Source of the DNA: an uncultured Planctomycetota bacterium
GTDB lineage: Bacteria > Planctomycetota > Planctomycetia > Isosphaerales > Isosphaeraceae
NCBI GenBank assembly: GCA_963720335.1
Contig: CAVRFS010000088.1
Location: forward strand, 4,297-68,296
DNA: 64,000 nt
Direction of reading: 5' to 3'
This document shows, in pieces, positions 12,395 through 23,887 of the stretch. Made by a program: the position numbers and the translations under genes. Positions within the stretch are counted from its first letter, which is position 1. Each line of letters opens with the position of its first letter. Under the pieces are notes generated by a model. It was not told the origin of the DNA, did not search any database, and saw only the letters and a program-made list of their open reading frames with translations.

Positions 12395-13448
12395 TTACCA
12401 GATGTCGCCGATGGTGAAACCCTCCGGGAAGGGGTCGTCCGCCTCCAGTGTGTAATTGCAAAAGCCGGTGATCCACGCCCGGCCGCTGATCGTCGGCACG
12501 AAGGCGCGATACGGTCCGACCGACGTTTCTTCCACCAAGCGACCCGTGAAGATCGTTCCGAGAATCCCCTCGTGGTGAAAGTCTTCGTTCAGGCCTAGCT
12601 TCCCCTTGGCGTGGAGCGTGGCCATCTTGGCGCAGGTGCCGGTTCCGCAGGGCGAGCGATCGATCGCCCCGGTCCACGTGGCGGGACGATTCCAGTCAAG
12701 CCGGCCGGTCGACACGATGACAGCGTTCTTCGCTTGCGCTCCGGCCTGGGTCGGCGGTGCGGACAAAACCGTGATTGTCACACCGCGGAATCCCGGCTGC
12801 AACGGATGTTGGACCGGCAATTGTTCCTGAGCGGCTGTTTTGATCATCTCGCCGATACGCACAATTTCTCGTCCTTCTTCAGGAACGAGACGCAAGCCGA
12901 ACGGAGCTGCGTCGCTGATGACATAAAACATCCCGCCGTATGCGACATCGACCGTGACCTTACCCAGGTGCGGCACATCGATTTCTTTGTCGATGTGCAC
13001 CGCGAACGCGGGCACGTTGCGAAACGTGACCTTCCGGACCTTGCCGAGAGCGCACTCAGCCTGCACCCGAATGAGCCCGGCCGGCGATTCGAGCACCAGA
13101 TCGGTGATCGGCTCACGCATCGTTACCATACCCGTTTCAAGCAGGACAGTGGTCACGCAGATCGTGTTCGTCCCGGACATTCCAGGGTATTCTGTCTGTT
13201 CCATGATGACATAGCCGGCAGCGGCATCTGGGTGCGTGGGTGGCAGGATCAGGTTGCAGTTCGCGGCGGGATAGCCGCGCGGCTCGCGCAGCATCAGTTT
13301 TCCGCAACCCGTCAGCATGGTTTTGAAAATGCTGCATCTTTTCAAACATCGTGCTCCCGGGAACGTCGAGCACGCCGCCAACAATCACCCGGCCGGGCTC
13401 GCCGCCGGCATGCGCGTCCACGGCTTGGATCATTCGCGCCAAACGCAT
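12395..13448 (-). CDS. Proline racemase family protein (hydroxyproline epimerase/dehydratase type)
   Basis: The N-terminus MRLARMIQAVDAHAGGEPGRVIVGG (ORF 13137-13448) joins ORF 12395-13384. Motifs are PGMSGTNTICV and IDRSPCGTGTCA. One frame switch near 13320. Confidence 0.8.
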
Positions 13449-13510
13449 GGTTGCTCCTTATCGCAAGGTCGGTTTGATCCAGCTCCGTTTTCCGCAAGAA
13501 TCCACTTGGT

Positions 13511-14131
13511 TCAATCCGCGTCGAAAACCGTGGCAACGGCGACCGAGAAACCCACCAACAACGCGGACGCCGCCGATTCCCCGCGCCGGTAAATGCCGGC
13601 TTCTTCATAAGCATCCCCGCGCAAACGGAGAACGGTGATGGTTTCCGTTTGCGGGTTGACGATCCAGTATTCCGGGACGCGGCCCTCGGCATAGTCGACC
13701 CGCTTCTCAACCAGATCTCGTTCCGGTTTGTCTTCACTCACGACTTCCAGAGCGAGGTCGGCGCCGAGCCAGAACCGGTTTTGCCGGCGCGAATCGGCGG
13801 CCGAAAGCAGCAACAGAAGATCAGGCTCGCGGAACTTGCCCGGCCGAATTCGCAGCCGTAACGGCGAGAAGCGGACTTTCCCGCGTCGGGGCTCTATGAA
13901 GTTTAGGAAAGCAAGATAAAGGAACCCCAGAATCGCTTGGTGCTTGTCCGTAGGCATGGGTAGGACTTCCAGGAAGCCGTCGGTGAACTCGACCAGCCGG
14001 CTTCGGTGGTCGGTCAGGACGAGATACGCTTCCTCGCTCCACGCGCCCTGGGGCGGAAGGATTTCCTCGAGCATGTCCTTCCATTCTTGGGCCGATGGGA
14101 GAGCGGTCGTGAGCTCGGATGGACTCGCCAT
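13511..14131 (-). CDS. Uma2 family (DUF820) endonuclease-like protein
   Basis: ORF 13511-14170. Contains ..VEFTDGFLEVLPMP..H, REPDLLLL, ADLALEVVSE and EYWIVNP, which are typical Uma2 motifs. Confidence 0.75.
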   Translation of the reverse strand: MASPSELTTALPSAQEWKDMLEEILPPQGAWSEEAYLVLTDHRSRLVEFTDGFLEVLPMPTDKHQAILGFLYLAFLNFIEPRRGKVRFSPLRLRIRPGKFREPDLLLLLSAADSRRQNRFWLGADLALEVVSEDKPERDLVEKRVDYAEGRVPEYWIVNPQTETITVLRLRGDAYEEAGIYRRGESAASALLVGFSVAVATVFDAD

Positions 14132-14617
14132 GGCGTTCCCTTGAAAATGGGGTTCTGTTTCCACGATCAATCATAACTGGGAAGGCACCGCTGTCCAACG
14201 CGAGTGAGATTCCGGTGAGATCGGGCGCCGGTTCGTTTGTCTTACAAGTGTAAAGGTGTCTGCTCGGCCTTTGCAGCCGGAGGCCAACCAATCTACGGGA
14301 TAGCAGCGACAGGCCGCGCCTTTTCTCTTTTAGTGACCTCCTGGTAAAATTCTGATAAAGCGCTTTCGACTGAATTGGGGTGACGCCGGGGAGCGTCAAT
14401 CCATGGCCGCTCCACAAAACTGGAACGGTCGCTACAAGCGAGGATCTCGAGCAGAAATATCGTCCGGCCAGCGATCGAACGGAGGTCGATCTCTCGCCGG
14501 GAGCCGTGCGCAGAACGACGATTACATCGATCGCCCCGCGACCCCGAAGCATTGATCCTGCATGCCGCAGCAGCCGTTCTTGGTTGCCATCCGTCGGCAA
14601 GGGAGGGGAAACAAATC

Positions 14618-15115
14618 ATGAGTTTGCGCACGAACCCGACCGTTGTGAGAGGCCTCCTGCTTGCTTTCGGTTTGATGGCGGCCGCTTGTTCCAAGGAGAG
14701 AGAGGGCGCGGTAAGCCCGAGCTCGGATCCCGAACTGGCGAATAAAGGCAGCATCGAGGTGACGGCGAAACTCGTCGAGATTCCCGAGGGGGCGATCTTC
14801 GATCGACTGCGGTACAACTACGCGACCGTCCTGAAATACGAGGTGCTCGAAGTCCACCGTGGAAGGGTCAAGGGCCCAACCATCTACGTCGGCCAGTACA
14901 ATCCGGCCAAGCCCCGATCCGAAGCGGCCACTCCGCGCGTGCCGAACATCGGTGGCAACCTCAAGGAGTTCCGCGCCGGCCAGGTGCACCGCATGGCATT
15001 GGATGATACCATGCTCGATCCGGATCAATTCAGGGAAGGGATCCTCAACAAGTATTCCCAGGAAGACACCGACCCGATCTACTTGGCCGTCTGGACAGAT
15101 CTGGTCAGCGGTTGA
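14618..15115 (+). CDS. Lipoprotein, unknown function
   Basis: GGAGGGG lies 7 nt before ATG 14618. Start is MSLRTNPTVVRGLLLAFGLMAAAC (lipobox). Sits directly upstream of the MBOAT gene. Confidence 0.55.
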   Translation: MSLRTNPTVVRGLLLAFGLMAAACSKEREGAVSPSSDPELANKGSIEVTAKLVEIPEGAIFDRLRYNYATVLKYEVLEVHRGRVKGPTIYVGQYNPAKPRSEAATPRVPNIGGNLKEFRAGQVHRMALDDTMLDPDQFREGILNKYSQEDTDPIYLAVWTDLVSG

Positions 15116-15177
15116 CCGGCCGTGCGCGCGACGAGCCTATTCAACGTCCCACTTCCGGTTAAATTGCCTGGCTGACC

Positions 15178-16621
15178 ATGGTCTTCACCACCTATCTCTT
15201 CGTATTCTACTTTCTGCCGCTATTCCTGGTGGATTACTACGCTGTGGTTGGCTTGAGCCGGGCGGCCGGCGCGTCGGATGGGCGAAGCTGCATCGCACTC
15301 AATGCCCTCCTGGTTGTCGCGAGCTACAGCTTCTACGGTTGGTGGAATCCCTGGTTCACCTTGCTGATGCTGGGCATCACGGTTGTGAACTACGTGTGCG
15401 GACGGATCATCGGCCTGCCGGGGATCAGCCGGCGGCTGAGCCACTTGGTCGTGACGTTCGCGATTGTCGTGAGCCTGGGCACCCTCGGGTTCTTCAAGTA
15501 TTTCCTGTTCTTCGAGGCCAACTTGAACCAGGTGCTGACCTGGTTCGGAGCCGGAACCGTGCGAGTGCTCGCGATCACCTTGCCCATCGGGATCTCGTTC
15601 TACACCTTTCATGCGCTCAGCTACACCATCGACGTCTATCGCGGTACCGCTGCCCCCGTTCGGTCGTTCATCGATTTCGCTTGCTACATCGCGCTCTTTC
15701 CACAGCTCGTCGCGGGGCCCATCATCCGCTACAACACGGTCGCCGATCAGCTCGTGAGCCGCTCGCACACCTGGGAGAAGTTTGCCTCGGGGGTCACCCT
15801 GTTCGTCCTCGGCTTCGCCAAGAAGATCTTGCTGGCTAATCCGATGGGCCAGGTTGCGGACGCCGCGTTCAACGCCCAGTCGCTTTCCGCGCCGGATGCG
15901 TGGTTCGGCGCGCTAGCCTATGCGTTCCAGATCTACTTCGATTTCTCCGGTTATTCCGACATGGCCATCGGGCTGGGACGGATGATCGGCTTCGAGTTCC
16001 TCAAGAATTTCGATTCACCTTACCAGGCCGAGAGCATCACGGACTTCTGGCGGCGCTGGCATATCTCGCTGAGCACGTTCTTGCGCGACTATCTTTACAT
16101 TCCTCTTGGTGGCAACCGAATGGGCCCGCGACGCACCTACGTTAACCTCATCGTCGTGATGCTTCTGGGCGGGCTGTGGCATCGCGCGAACTGGACGTTC
16201 GTCGCCTGGGGTGCGTATCACGGAGTCCTTTTGGCCTTCGAGCGATTCCGCGGCAAGCACAGCGTGTATGAACAATGGCCGCGGCCAGTCCGCGTGGCGG
16301 CCACGTTCGTCCTGGTGCTGATCTCGTGGGTCCTGTTTCGCTCGGCGAATCTGCACGAGGCCCTGAGCTACCTGGGGGTCATGATCGGGCAGGGGGGATC
16401 CAGCCCCGCAATGCTCGCTGTTGCCGGCGCTGCTCTATACGCAGGGGACGCTCTTGATCATGGCGGTCGGGGCCGTGGTCGTCGCCTGGCCAATCCAGGC
16501 GCACGAGTGGAGCAGAGAGGTCACGTGGTCCAAGGCAATCCTCGTGCATCCGTTGTTCTGCGCCTCGCTGCTGGCGATGTTCTCGCAGTCGTTCAACCCG
16601 TTCCTCTACTTCCAGTTCTAG
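15178..16621 (+). CDS. MBOAT family O-acyltransferase (AlgI/DltB-like)
   Basis: Multi-TM protein with ..FYTFHALSYTIDVYRG.. and FWRRWHISLSTFLRDYLYIPLGGNR (conserved His). The typical C-terminus ..NPFLYFQF* is in the frame of ORF 16421-16621, with a switch near 16415. Confidence 0.85.
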
Positions 16622-16631
16622 GTTCCCTTCC

Positions 16632-17796
16632 ATGCGGATGGACCGTCGTGCGTACATCTTCGCGGCTGCTGTCTTCCTCGCCGTGATCATGGCGCCGGGC
16701 TTGATCCAGACCGTTTTCGAGCTTCGGGACGGCGAGCAGCCCAGCGCGCTCGACATCTTCCTCCAGCCTCCAACTGCGAAGAACCTGCACGCGTACGAGC
16801 AGAGCCTGGAGGAGACGAGTCTCGTGATCAAGCAGTTCCGGCCGTGGATGCAGTACATTCAATGGAGGTTCCTCGCCGATGCCGGCGAGACGTCCGTGCT
16901 CGGGCGTCAGGGCTGGATCTTCTATCGACCGAGCGTACGCTATGTGATAGAGCGCCGGACCGGCGCTCCCGAAAGCGATGGCGCCGATCCTCTTCCCGCG
17001 ATCCAATCGTTCCGCGATCAGCTCCAAGCGCTGGGGATCCGGTTGCTGGTCGTTCCCGTGCCCAACAAGGAGAGCGTCTATCCCGAGATGCTCGCCAAGC
17101 GGGCTGAAGACGCCGGTGTCGTCGTTTGCGAGCAGACGGTTCGTCTGCTCGATCAGTTGGAGAAGCGCGGCATCGAGTACGTGGACCTGTTCGAAGTATT
17201 TCGCCGTGCCAAGCAGGAGGAGAGCCCGTCGAATCCGAGTCGGCTCTACCTGGCGCACGACAGCCATTGGTCGCCGGAGGGTGCACGGGTTGCCGCGGCC
17301 GCTGTCGCGCGGCGACTGCTCGGTGGAGGCACGGTCAAGCGGGGCGATCATGCTTACGTCGAGCGTTCGGTCACCGTCCGGCGCCACGGCGATCTGGTTG
17401 AGATGCTGCGGGTGCCGTGGATCGAGCGCACGCTCGAACCGGAGAGTCTGGCGTGCCTGCAAGTGGTCGAGTCAGACACCAGAATGCCTTACCGCGATGC
17501 GCCGGATTCCGAGGTCCTGATTCTGGGTGACAGCTTTCTGCGGATTTATGAGCAGGACGAGCCTGGAGCCGCTGGGTTCATCGCGCATGTCTCGCGCGGA
17601 GCTTGGGCGACCGCTGACGTCGATTGTCAACGACGGCGGAGGCTCCACTTTGGTCCGGCAAGCGCTGGCACGCCGTCCGACGCTCCTGATGAACAAGAGG
17701 CTGGTGATCTGGGAATTCGCCGAGCGCGATATTCGTTTTGGGATCGAGGGCTGGCAAATCGTTCCCCTCGCTCGATCGAAGACGACTCCACGGTGA
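16632..17796 (+). CDS. AlgJ/AlgX-like SGNH-type O-acetyltransferase partner
   Basis: N-terminal TM segment, LYLAHDSHWSPEG (D-x-H-W motif) and LILGDSF. The C-terminus ..GGGSTLVRQAL..VIWEFAERD is in ORF 17527-17796, with a switch near 17585. Confidence 0.7.
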
Positions 17797-18011
17797 CCGT
17801 TTCGATCGGCCGCATGAGAGCAACTCGAAGTCAACCTTCAGGCTTGCCTGCGCATGCTTTATGTGTGGCCGGTCGGACGAGGGCCACAAGCCGCGAGAGC
17901 GAAGTCCCCGATGGTGGCTGAGCCTTGCCGCCCTGGCGCGGCCCACGTAACATGAAAAAAGGCCCGCACACGTTGATCGTCGCCCATTATCTGAGGAGAG
18001 TCGTACTCATC

Positions 18012-18269
18012 ATGAGATCGTTCACGAGCGGATTGAGCGTTGCTCTGTTGAGCTTTTGCTTTCTGGGGTTGGCGGGTTGTGCGGAAGACAACGAGGCGGC
18101 CATGAGGGAGCAAGCGTCCAAGGCGAAGGGAACAATCCCCGGTTCTCGTACCGCACAGGCCCAGACTCAGGAAGAGTATTACGAGATTACCCCTGGAATT
18201 CAGGGAGCAGGGACGAAGAGCGGACCTCGACCGGACCAAGGCGCCGGCTATCCTGGCCAGAAGAAGTAG
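18012..18269 (+). CDS. Small lipoprotein
   Basis: MRSFTSGLSVALLSFCFLGLAGC lipobox within ORF 17925-18269. Confidence 0.4.
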   Translation: MRSFTSGLSVALLSFCFLGLAGCAEDNEAAMREQASKAKGTIPGSRTAQAQTQEEYYEITPGIQGAGTKSGPRPDQGAGYPGQKK

Positions 18270-18337
18270 TTTTTTCGGGGAGCCTCCCACGTCGTGGGCT
18301 TTCGGGTTTCATTTTCGTTTTCCTGAGGGCATAGACC

Positions 18338-19456
18338 ATGACTCGCAGAGACCACGGTTTTACCCTGATCGAGTTGCTTGTCGTGATTGCCATCATCGCC
18401 GTCCTCATTGGCTTGCTGCTGCCGGCCGTTCAATCGGCGCGTGAAGCGGCTCGGCGGACGCAATGCATGAACAACCTCAAACAGATCGGTCTGGCGATGC
18501 ACAACTACGTGAGTGCCTGGGACGTCTTGCCGCCTGTTTGTATCGATCCCGCACGGTACCCCAACAACCAGCCGATTCCCCAGCCGCACCAAAACTGGTC
18601 GCAGCACGCGCGGCTGCTTCCTTACCTGGAGCAGCGAGTTCTTTACAACATGATTAACTGGAGCTTCGGCGCTCGGTGGAATGGCGATACGGTGTATACC
18701 GATCTCACTGCGCCGACCGGCGGAAGCACCGATAGCATCCCGCAGATGACCGTTCTGGTCACGCAGATCGCCGCGTTCTTGTGCCCATCGGATGTGAATC
18801 CCGGCTCCTCCACCACTTTCCTCGTGGGTGGCCAAACCAAGGTGGTGGGTGCCAGCAACTATGCGTGCAATATTGGCTTGAACCGGCGGATCACCGGCGG
18901 AGGGCCGGATAAGAGCTGGGTGCTGAACGGTCCCAACTACGTCGCCAGCAGTTGGGATAAGACCGTCCGTGAGACCACCAACATGGCGACCTTCACGGAT
19001 GGGGCCAGCAACACGGCGATATTCAGCGAGTGGGTCAAGGGACAGGCCGCGCCAATCGGCCGAGCCCCGAACGGGCTGGGGGAAGTGTACAACCTCGGCG
19101 AAAACTCAAACTTCTACCCGACGGACTACCAGTTCGCGCGGCTCTGCAATACGGTGCCGATCACCAGCGCCAATCAGCAGTGGCAATGGAAGGGTGAGTG
19201 GTGGGCTTTTGGCGCCACCATGATCTACTCGCACACGCAGACACCCAACCGGACCAGTTGCGTCTACCACGACATCAATCAGGATGGCCGCGGCACCATC
19301 ACCATGGCTGCGGCGAGTTCCAACCACCCTGGCGGCGTAAATTTGCTGTTGATGGATGGCTCGGTCCGGTTCGTCAAGAGCGTGGTGAACTACCGGCCCT
19401 GGTATGCGCTCGCGACTCCTAACGGTGCCGAAGCGCTCAGTTCTGACTCTTACTGA
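18338..19456 (+). CDS. DUF1559 / H-X9-DG protein with prepilin-type N-terminal methylation motif
   Basis: [43 protein letters not shown] at the N-terminus and [19 protein letters not shown] at the C-terminus. Frame is intact. Confidence 0.9.
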   Translation: MTRRDHGFTLIELLVVIAIIAVLIGLLLPAVQSAREAARRTQCMNNLKQIGLAMHNYVSAWDVLPPVCIDPARYPNNQPIPQPHQNWSQHARLLPYLEQRVLYNMINWSFGARWNGDTVYTDLTAPTGGSTDSIPQMTVLVTQIAAFLCPSDVNPGSSTTFLVGGQTKVVGASNYACNIGLNRRITGGGPDKSWVLNGPNYVASSWDKTVRETTNMATFTDGASNTAIFSEWVKGQAAPIGRAPNGLGEVYNLGENSNFYPTDYQFARLCNTVPITSANQQWQWKGEWWAFGATMIYSHTQTPNRTSCVYHDINQDGRGTITMAAASSNHPGGVNLLLMDGSVRFVKSVVNYRPWYALATPNGAEALSSDSY

Positions 19457-19539
19457 GATCCACTCGAGCCGCGGCAGTGCGGAAGCGGACTCTAAGACTT
19501 TCCATCTTGTCAATTTCGCACCGGTCCCGCTTTCACCAA

Positions 19540-20178
19540 CTAAATCTTCCACTTTGACGCGATGAGCTTGACGGCTTCCCGGATTCTCTTCATATCCACT
19601 CGCGTTCCATCCATCTCATCTCCCGGAACGTCCGCACACGGGTCGTCGACCCCGTAGAGGTGGCGGATCACCGGCCCTCCGGTCGTCGCCGACAGGAGCA
19701 GTTCGGCGTCCTGCTCTGGGCTTCGGGTCAGCTTGCGGGTGCGGAGGTAGGCGGCCAGGGACCGGCAGGCCTCGGCGAACACAGTGTCGTAGACCGCCCC
19801 GGCGATCGCGGGAGATCGGGCGGCGCCGGCCAGCGCGACTCGCTGGTAGCCGACGGCATCCCGCCAGCACACCAGCTCCACGAACCGGCCGCAAAAGAGG
19901 GCGACCGCCTCGACCGGCTCGGCGGCGTAGACGTCCGGGCTCCGGAGTTTGCCGAGGAACATAACCTTGACCAGCTCGACCACGGCCCTGAATAGCTCGT
20001 CTTTCGACTTGAAGTGGGCGTAAACGGTCGGCTTGGTGGTCCCGGCACGGGCCGCCACGTCGTCCATGCTGGCCGCGTCTAGCCCCTTCTCCAGCAACAC
20101 CAACTTGGCGGCCCACACGATGCGGTCACGTCGCTCGTCGCGGGAAAGGGACCGGAACTGCCGTTCGTCACGGATCAC
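19540..20178 (-). CDS. TetR/AcrR family transcriptional regulator
   Basis: The N-terminal HTH RRDRIVWAAKLVLLEKGLDAASMDDVAARAGTTKPTVYAHFKSKDELF is canonical for TetR. Divergent from the SDR gene. Confidence 0.85.
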   Translation of the reverse strand: MIRDERQFRSLSRDERRDRIVWAAKLVLLEKGLDAASMDDVAARAGTTKPTVYAHFKSKDELFRAVVELVKVMFLGKLRSPDVYAAEPVEAVALFCGRFVELVCWRDAVGYQRVALAGAARSPAIAGAVYDTVFAEACRSLAAYLRTRKLTRSPEQDAELLLSATTGGPVIRHLYGVDDPCADVPGDEMDGTRVDMKRIREAVKLIASKWKI

Positions 20179-20199
20179 AAAAACCTCCTCTTGACTTGA

Positions 20200-20224
20200 C
20201 GGTAAAGTTTATTAGACTTTACGG
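20200..20224. promoter_or_regulatory. Candidate TetR operator (inverted repeat)
   Basis: GTAAAGT (20202-20208), 7-nt spacer, ACTTTAC (20216-20222) in the 158-bp divergent intergenic region. It overlaps TTGACT/TTGAC -35-like hexamers at 20191-20200. Confidence 0.35.
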
Positions 20225-20336
20225 TGAAGTAAACACACAGTAGTATACCCAGCGTACCGGTCGACTACACAGGCTTGCGAAAAGGCGGGCTGCGAATACG
20301 GTCGTAGTCATGAAGTAAGTAAGAGGAGGAGTCGAA

Positions 20337-21455
20337 ATGCGTGTCTTCGTCACTGGTGCTACGGGTTTTATCGGTTCTGCCGTTGTTCGGGAGCTCATCA
20401 ACGCGGGCCATCAGGTGCTCGGACTGGCTCGCAGCGATGCGGGCGCCCAGTCTCTTTTCGCTGCGGGCGCCCACGTGCATCGAGGCGATCTCGAAGACCT
20501 GGAAAGTCTCCGCAGTGGAGCGGCCGCCTCAGACGGCGTCATCCACACCGCCTTCATTCACGATTTCTCGAAATTCGAGGCTAACTGCGCAATCGACAAG
20601 CGCGCCATCGAGACCCTCGGCGCCGCGCTCGCCGGCTCTGACCGTCCCTTGATTGTCACCGCTGGCACCGCGCTCATTGCGCCAGGCCGTCTCGCCACGG
20701 AAGACGATGCGCCCGCTCCCATGTTTCCCCGCGCGGCTTCGGAACATGCGACAGACGCGGTCGCCGCGCAAGGCGTCCGTGCCTCGGTCGTGCGCCTCCC
20801 GCAGGTCCACGATACAGTCAAGCAAGGCCTCGTTACCTACCTGATCGCCGTAGCTCGCGAGAAGGGTGTCTCGGCGTTTGTCGGCGACGGGCTCAACCGC
20901 TGGGCCGCGGTCCACCGGCTCGATGCTGCCCGTCTCTACAGGCTGGCACTTGAGAAGGGCTCCGCAGGAGCCCGGTATCACGCGATCGCTGAGGAGGGCG
21001 TGCCGCTCCGCGAGATCGCTCACGCAATCGGCCGCGGCCTGAACGTGCCGGTCGTCGCCAAGTCCCCTGACGAGGCAGCCGCCCATTTTGGCTGGCTCGG
21101 GTTGTTTGTGGGTATCGACTGTCCGGTCTCAAGCGCACTTACGCAGGAACGGCTGGGATGGCGCCCGACAGCACAGCCTGGGATGATTTCCGACCTCGAC
21201 CACATGTCCGTATTTCGGAGCCTGAACAAGGGGGCTGGGCTGGAAAAGGGGCAGGAACCGTTGCCGGAACGGCCCGAAGGGTGCTTCGCACAACGTTCCC
21301 TGGTCCTTTTTCCAGCCCAGTTGGCGTGCGCTGGCCGAGAGATCAAGCGAACACGCGATATTAGTCAAGCCCGCAAGGATCCTCTTCGAGAGCCCCGAAG
21401 CCAGATTATCGAACGTCTATCCCTAGAAATTGCGTCGTTTGAACTCGGCGAGTGA
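20337..21455 (+). CDS. NAD(P)-binding SDR / NmrA-like epimerase family protein
   Basis: [32 protein letters not shown] Rossmann motif. Family-like sequence ends near ..ISDLDH. An alternative frame gives ..YFGA* at 21223-21225, so the 3' 230 nt of the listed ORF may be read-through caused by an indel. Confidence 0.8.
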   Translation: MRVFVTGATGFIGSAVVRELINAGHQVLGLARSDAGAQSLFAAGAHVHRGDLEDLESLRSGAAASDGVIHTAFIHDFSKFEANCAIDKRAIETLGAALAGSDRPLIVTAGTALIAPGRLATEDDAPAPMFPRAASEHATDAVAAQGVRASVVRLPQVHDTVKQGLVTYLIAVAREKGVSAFVGDGLNRWAAVHRLDAARLYRLALEKGSAGARYHAIAEEGVPLREIAHAIGRGLNVPVVAKSPDEAAAHFGWLGLFVGIDCPVSSALTQERLGWRPTAQPGMISDLDHMSVFRSLNKGAGLEKGQEPLPERPEGCFAQRSLVLFPAQLACAGREIKRTRDISQARKDPLREPRSQIIERLSLEIASFELGE

Positions 21456-21707
21456 TCGAACACGCAAAGCTGGGAAACTCCCGATTTCAGCGCCAGGAAT
21501 TGCTGTCAGTTTTCCCCCAACCGCGAAATCCGCTACTAAAGTCAAAACCCGCACGAGTCGATCAATAGACAGTCCTCCGCTGGCATGGCCTATTTGACCA
21601 TTCGCTGAGGACGCTCATGAATGAGCCGTGCACGAGCCAGGAGTTGATTGCCCATTTGCTTGTTCGGCGCGATCGCCGACAAGCGCAAACTCCTCAAGGA
21701 CGAGCGG

Positions 21708-23597
21708 ATGAATCATTTGGTGAGGTTTTCGACCGCAAAGCAGATGAAGCACGTGATTGCGAGAGCGATCGCTTGCAGCATCATGCTGCTGGTTCTGCCG
21801 TCCTGTGGAATCCCCCCTCTCCGTCATCCGCAGCCGGGACCAGGCGTGCCGGTAGACTTCAATGGAAGGACCAGCCCGGATAACTCAGCTCAGCTCGGGA
21901 TCGAAGAGTTTTACAATGATCGAATGCTTACGTACTTGATCGAAAAGGCACTGGTCGACAATCGAGAGCTGAGGGTCCTGAATGAGGAAGTCCAGATCTC
22001 CGGCAACGAGGTTCTGGCACGGTCAGGGGCGTACCTTCCCTTCGTCACGGTCGCGGCCGGCGCGGGGCTGAACAGATACAGCCGCTTCACGGAAGAAGGA
22101 GCCGGCATACTCGACGACGAGTATCTCCCCGGCAAGCACTTTACCAATCCGTCGGGAAATTTCATGGGAGGCCTCAACCTCACCTGGCAGCTCGACATCT
22201 ATCGGCAGTTGCGGAATGCCAGGGACGCGGCGGCGCAGCGCTACGTCGCCGCCAGTGAGAGGCGGAACTACTTCGTGACCACGATGGTCGCGGAGATTGC
22301 CGAGAATTTTTACAGGCTTATGGGGCTCGATAAACGGCTTGAGAATCTGGATCAAATCATCTCGCTTCAGGAGGTAAGCCTCGCGATCGCCAAGGCCAGG
22401 TTTAAGGAAGCTGCCCGTAGCCCCGAGCTGGGTGTCCTGCGTTTCCAGGCCGAGCTTCAACGGAACTACAGCGAAAAGCTGATCATTAATCAATCGATCA
22501 TCGAGGCCGAAAACCGGATCAACTTCCTGGTCAATCGCTACCCGCAGCGTGTCGAACGCGATTCCACCGAATTCTACGAGCTGACCATTCACCCGTTGAG
22601 CGTCGGAGTGCCCTCGCAACTACTCCAGAACCGACCCGATATCCGCCAAGCCGAGCGGGAGCTCGCGGCCGCCGGGCTCGACGTGAGGGTCGCCCGGGTC
22701 AACTTCTTTCCTCAACTTGTGATCAACGGCAACGTTGGCCTCGAGTCCCTACTCCTCAACCATCTGTTCGAGCCGAATGCCTTGGTTGGCAGCATCGCTG
22801 GTGGCCTGGTCGGACCGTTGATCAACAAGAGAGCGATCAGGGCCCAGTACCTCACCGCGAACGCCAGGCAATTGCAGAGCATCTACAACTACCAGCGCGT
22901 AATCCTCAACGCCTTCACCCAGGTTATCAACCGCATAACCATGGTGGAGAACTTCAGCAATAGCATCGACATCAAGAAGCAGCAGTTAAAAACGCTCGAG
23001 GCCGCAGTCCAATCCGCGAACGATCTTTTTCAGAATGCCCGCATCGAATACATCGACGTGCTATTCGTCCAGCGTGACCTCAGGGATGCGAGAGTGGTCG
23101 TGATCGACACCAAGACGGAGCAACTGGCGGCCATCGTAAAAACCTATCAAGCCCTCGGCGGCGGTGTGAGGACGATTTCCACTCCGACAGACTTTCAGGG
23201 TCAATACCCGTACACCCACACGGTCCGCAGCGGCGAGAACTTCTGGACGATCGCCCTGCTTTACTACAGATCGAGCCGATATGGCAAGGCCCTGTGGGCG
23301 GCCAACAAGGATGCTGTCCCCGCCTTCGACCGCCTGACTGTCGGCGACAAGATCATCATCCCGCCAGGCAATCAGCTCGACCCGGCCCTGATCGAGCAGG
23401 GCCCCGCACCTGCCCCGCCCTCCCCAGAGCTGGTGCCCGGCGACAAACCGGCTATCCTCCCCCCCCTGTCCCCGCCACCACCCGCAGGCACGCCTGGCCC
23501 GTTCAGCCAGGCGGCGACCGAAGACCCGGCCGTCAACGCCACCGGCGGCACCAAACCCCCCGCGGCCTCGCCGAAGCCGGCGACGACGGGGAAGTGA
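21708..23597 (+). CDS. Outer-membrane efflux protein (TolC/OMF family lipoprotein) with C-terminal LysM domain and Pro-rich tail
   Basis: MKHVIARAIACSIMLLVLPSCG lipobox (alternative start 21744) and two OEP-type repeats. It then carries YTHTVRSGENFWTIALLYY..LTVGDKIIIPP (LysM consensus) and a PAPAPPSPELVPGDKP.. tail. Confidence 0.85.
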   Translation: MNHLVRFSTAKQMKHVIARAIACSIMLLVLPSCGIPPLRHPQPGPGVPVDFNGRTSPDNSAQLGIEEFYNDRMLTYLIEKALVDNRELRVLNEEVQISGNEVLARSGAYLPFVTVAAGAGLNRYSRFTEEGAGILDDEYLPGKHFTNPSGNFMGGLNLTWQLDIYRQLRNARDAAAQRYVAASERRNYFVTTMVAEIAENFYRLMGLDKRLENLDQIISLQEVSLAIAKARFKEAARSPELGVLRFQAELQRNYSEKLIINQSIIEAENRINFLVNRYPQRVERDSTEFYELTIHPLSVGVPSQLLQNRPDIRQAERELAAAGLDVRVARVNFFPQLVINGNVGLESLLLNHLFEPNALVGSIAGGLVGPLINKRAIRAQYLTANARQLQSIYNYQRVILNAFTQVINRITMVENFSNSIDIKKQQLKTLEAAVQSANDLFQNARIEYIDVLFVQRDLRDARVVVIDTKTEQLAAIVKTYQALGGGVRTISTPTDFQGQYPYTHTVRSGENFWTIALLYYRSSRYGKALWAANKDAVPAFDRLTVGDKIIIPPGNQLDPALIEQGPAPAPPSPELVPGDKPAILPPLSPPPPAGTPGPFSQAATEDPAVNATGGTKPPAASPKPATTGK

Positions 23598-23887
23598 CGT
23601 AGTCGTCGTTACTCAGGAATGTCCGCCCGGGACCGTTTGCCATGCTTCGAACAACCATACGGCGTCTCTTGACTTCCGTCGATAGTGAAGCTATAAATAG
23701 GACTTGGATGTCGTGTATCGGTTGTCCAGAATTTTGGGGTTCCCTCGCACGTCGAAACAGGCTTTTTTGAGAGGCTGTGGGCTTCACCCGGCCAGCCGGA
23801 GTATTCGCGAAGCGATCTGGTAGAAAGCCATCTCGCCGGACGCTGGCGAGCGAGCCTCTAATCACGACGTTCGAGAAGCGAGGGGCC

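Noticed and set aside
20337-21455. C-terminal 80-aa extension of the SDR as a novel domain
   Set aside because: The extension is low-complexity, and a 1-nt shift gives a family-typical ..YFGA* end at 21225. This is most likely indel read-through.
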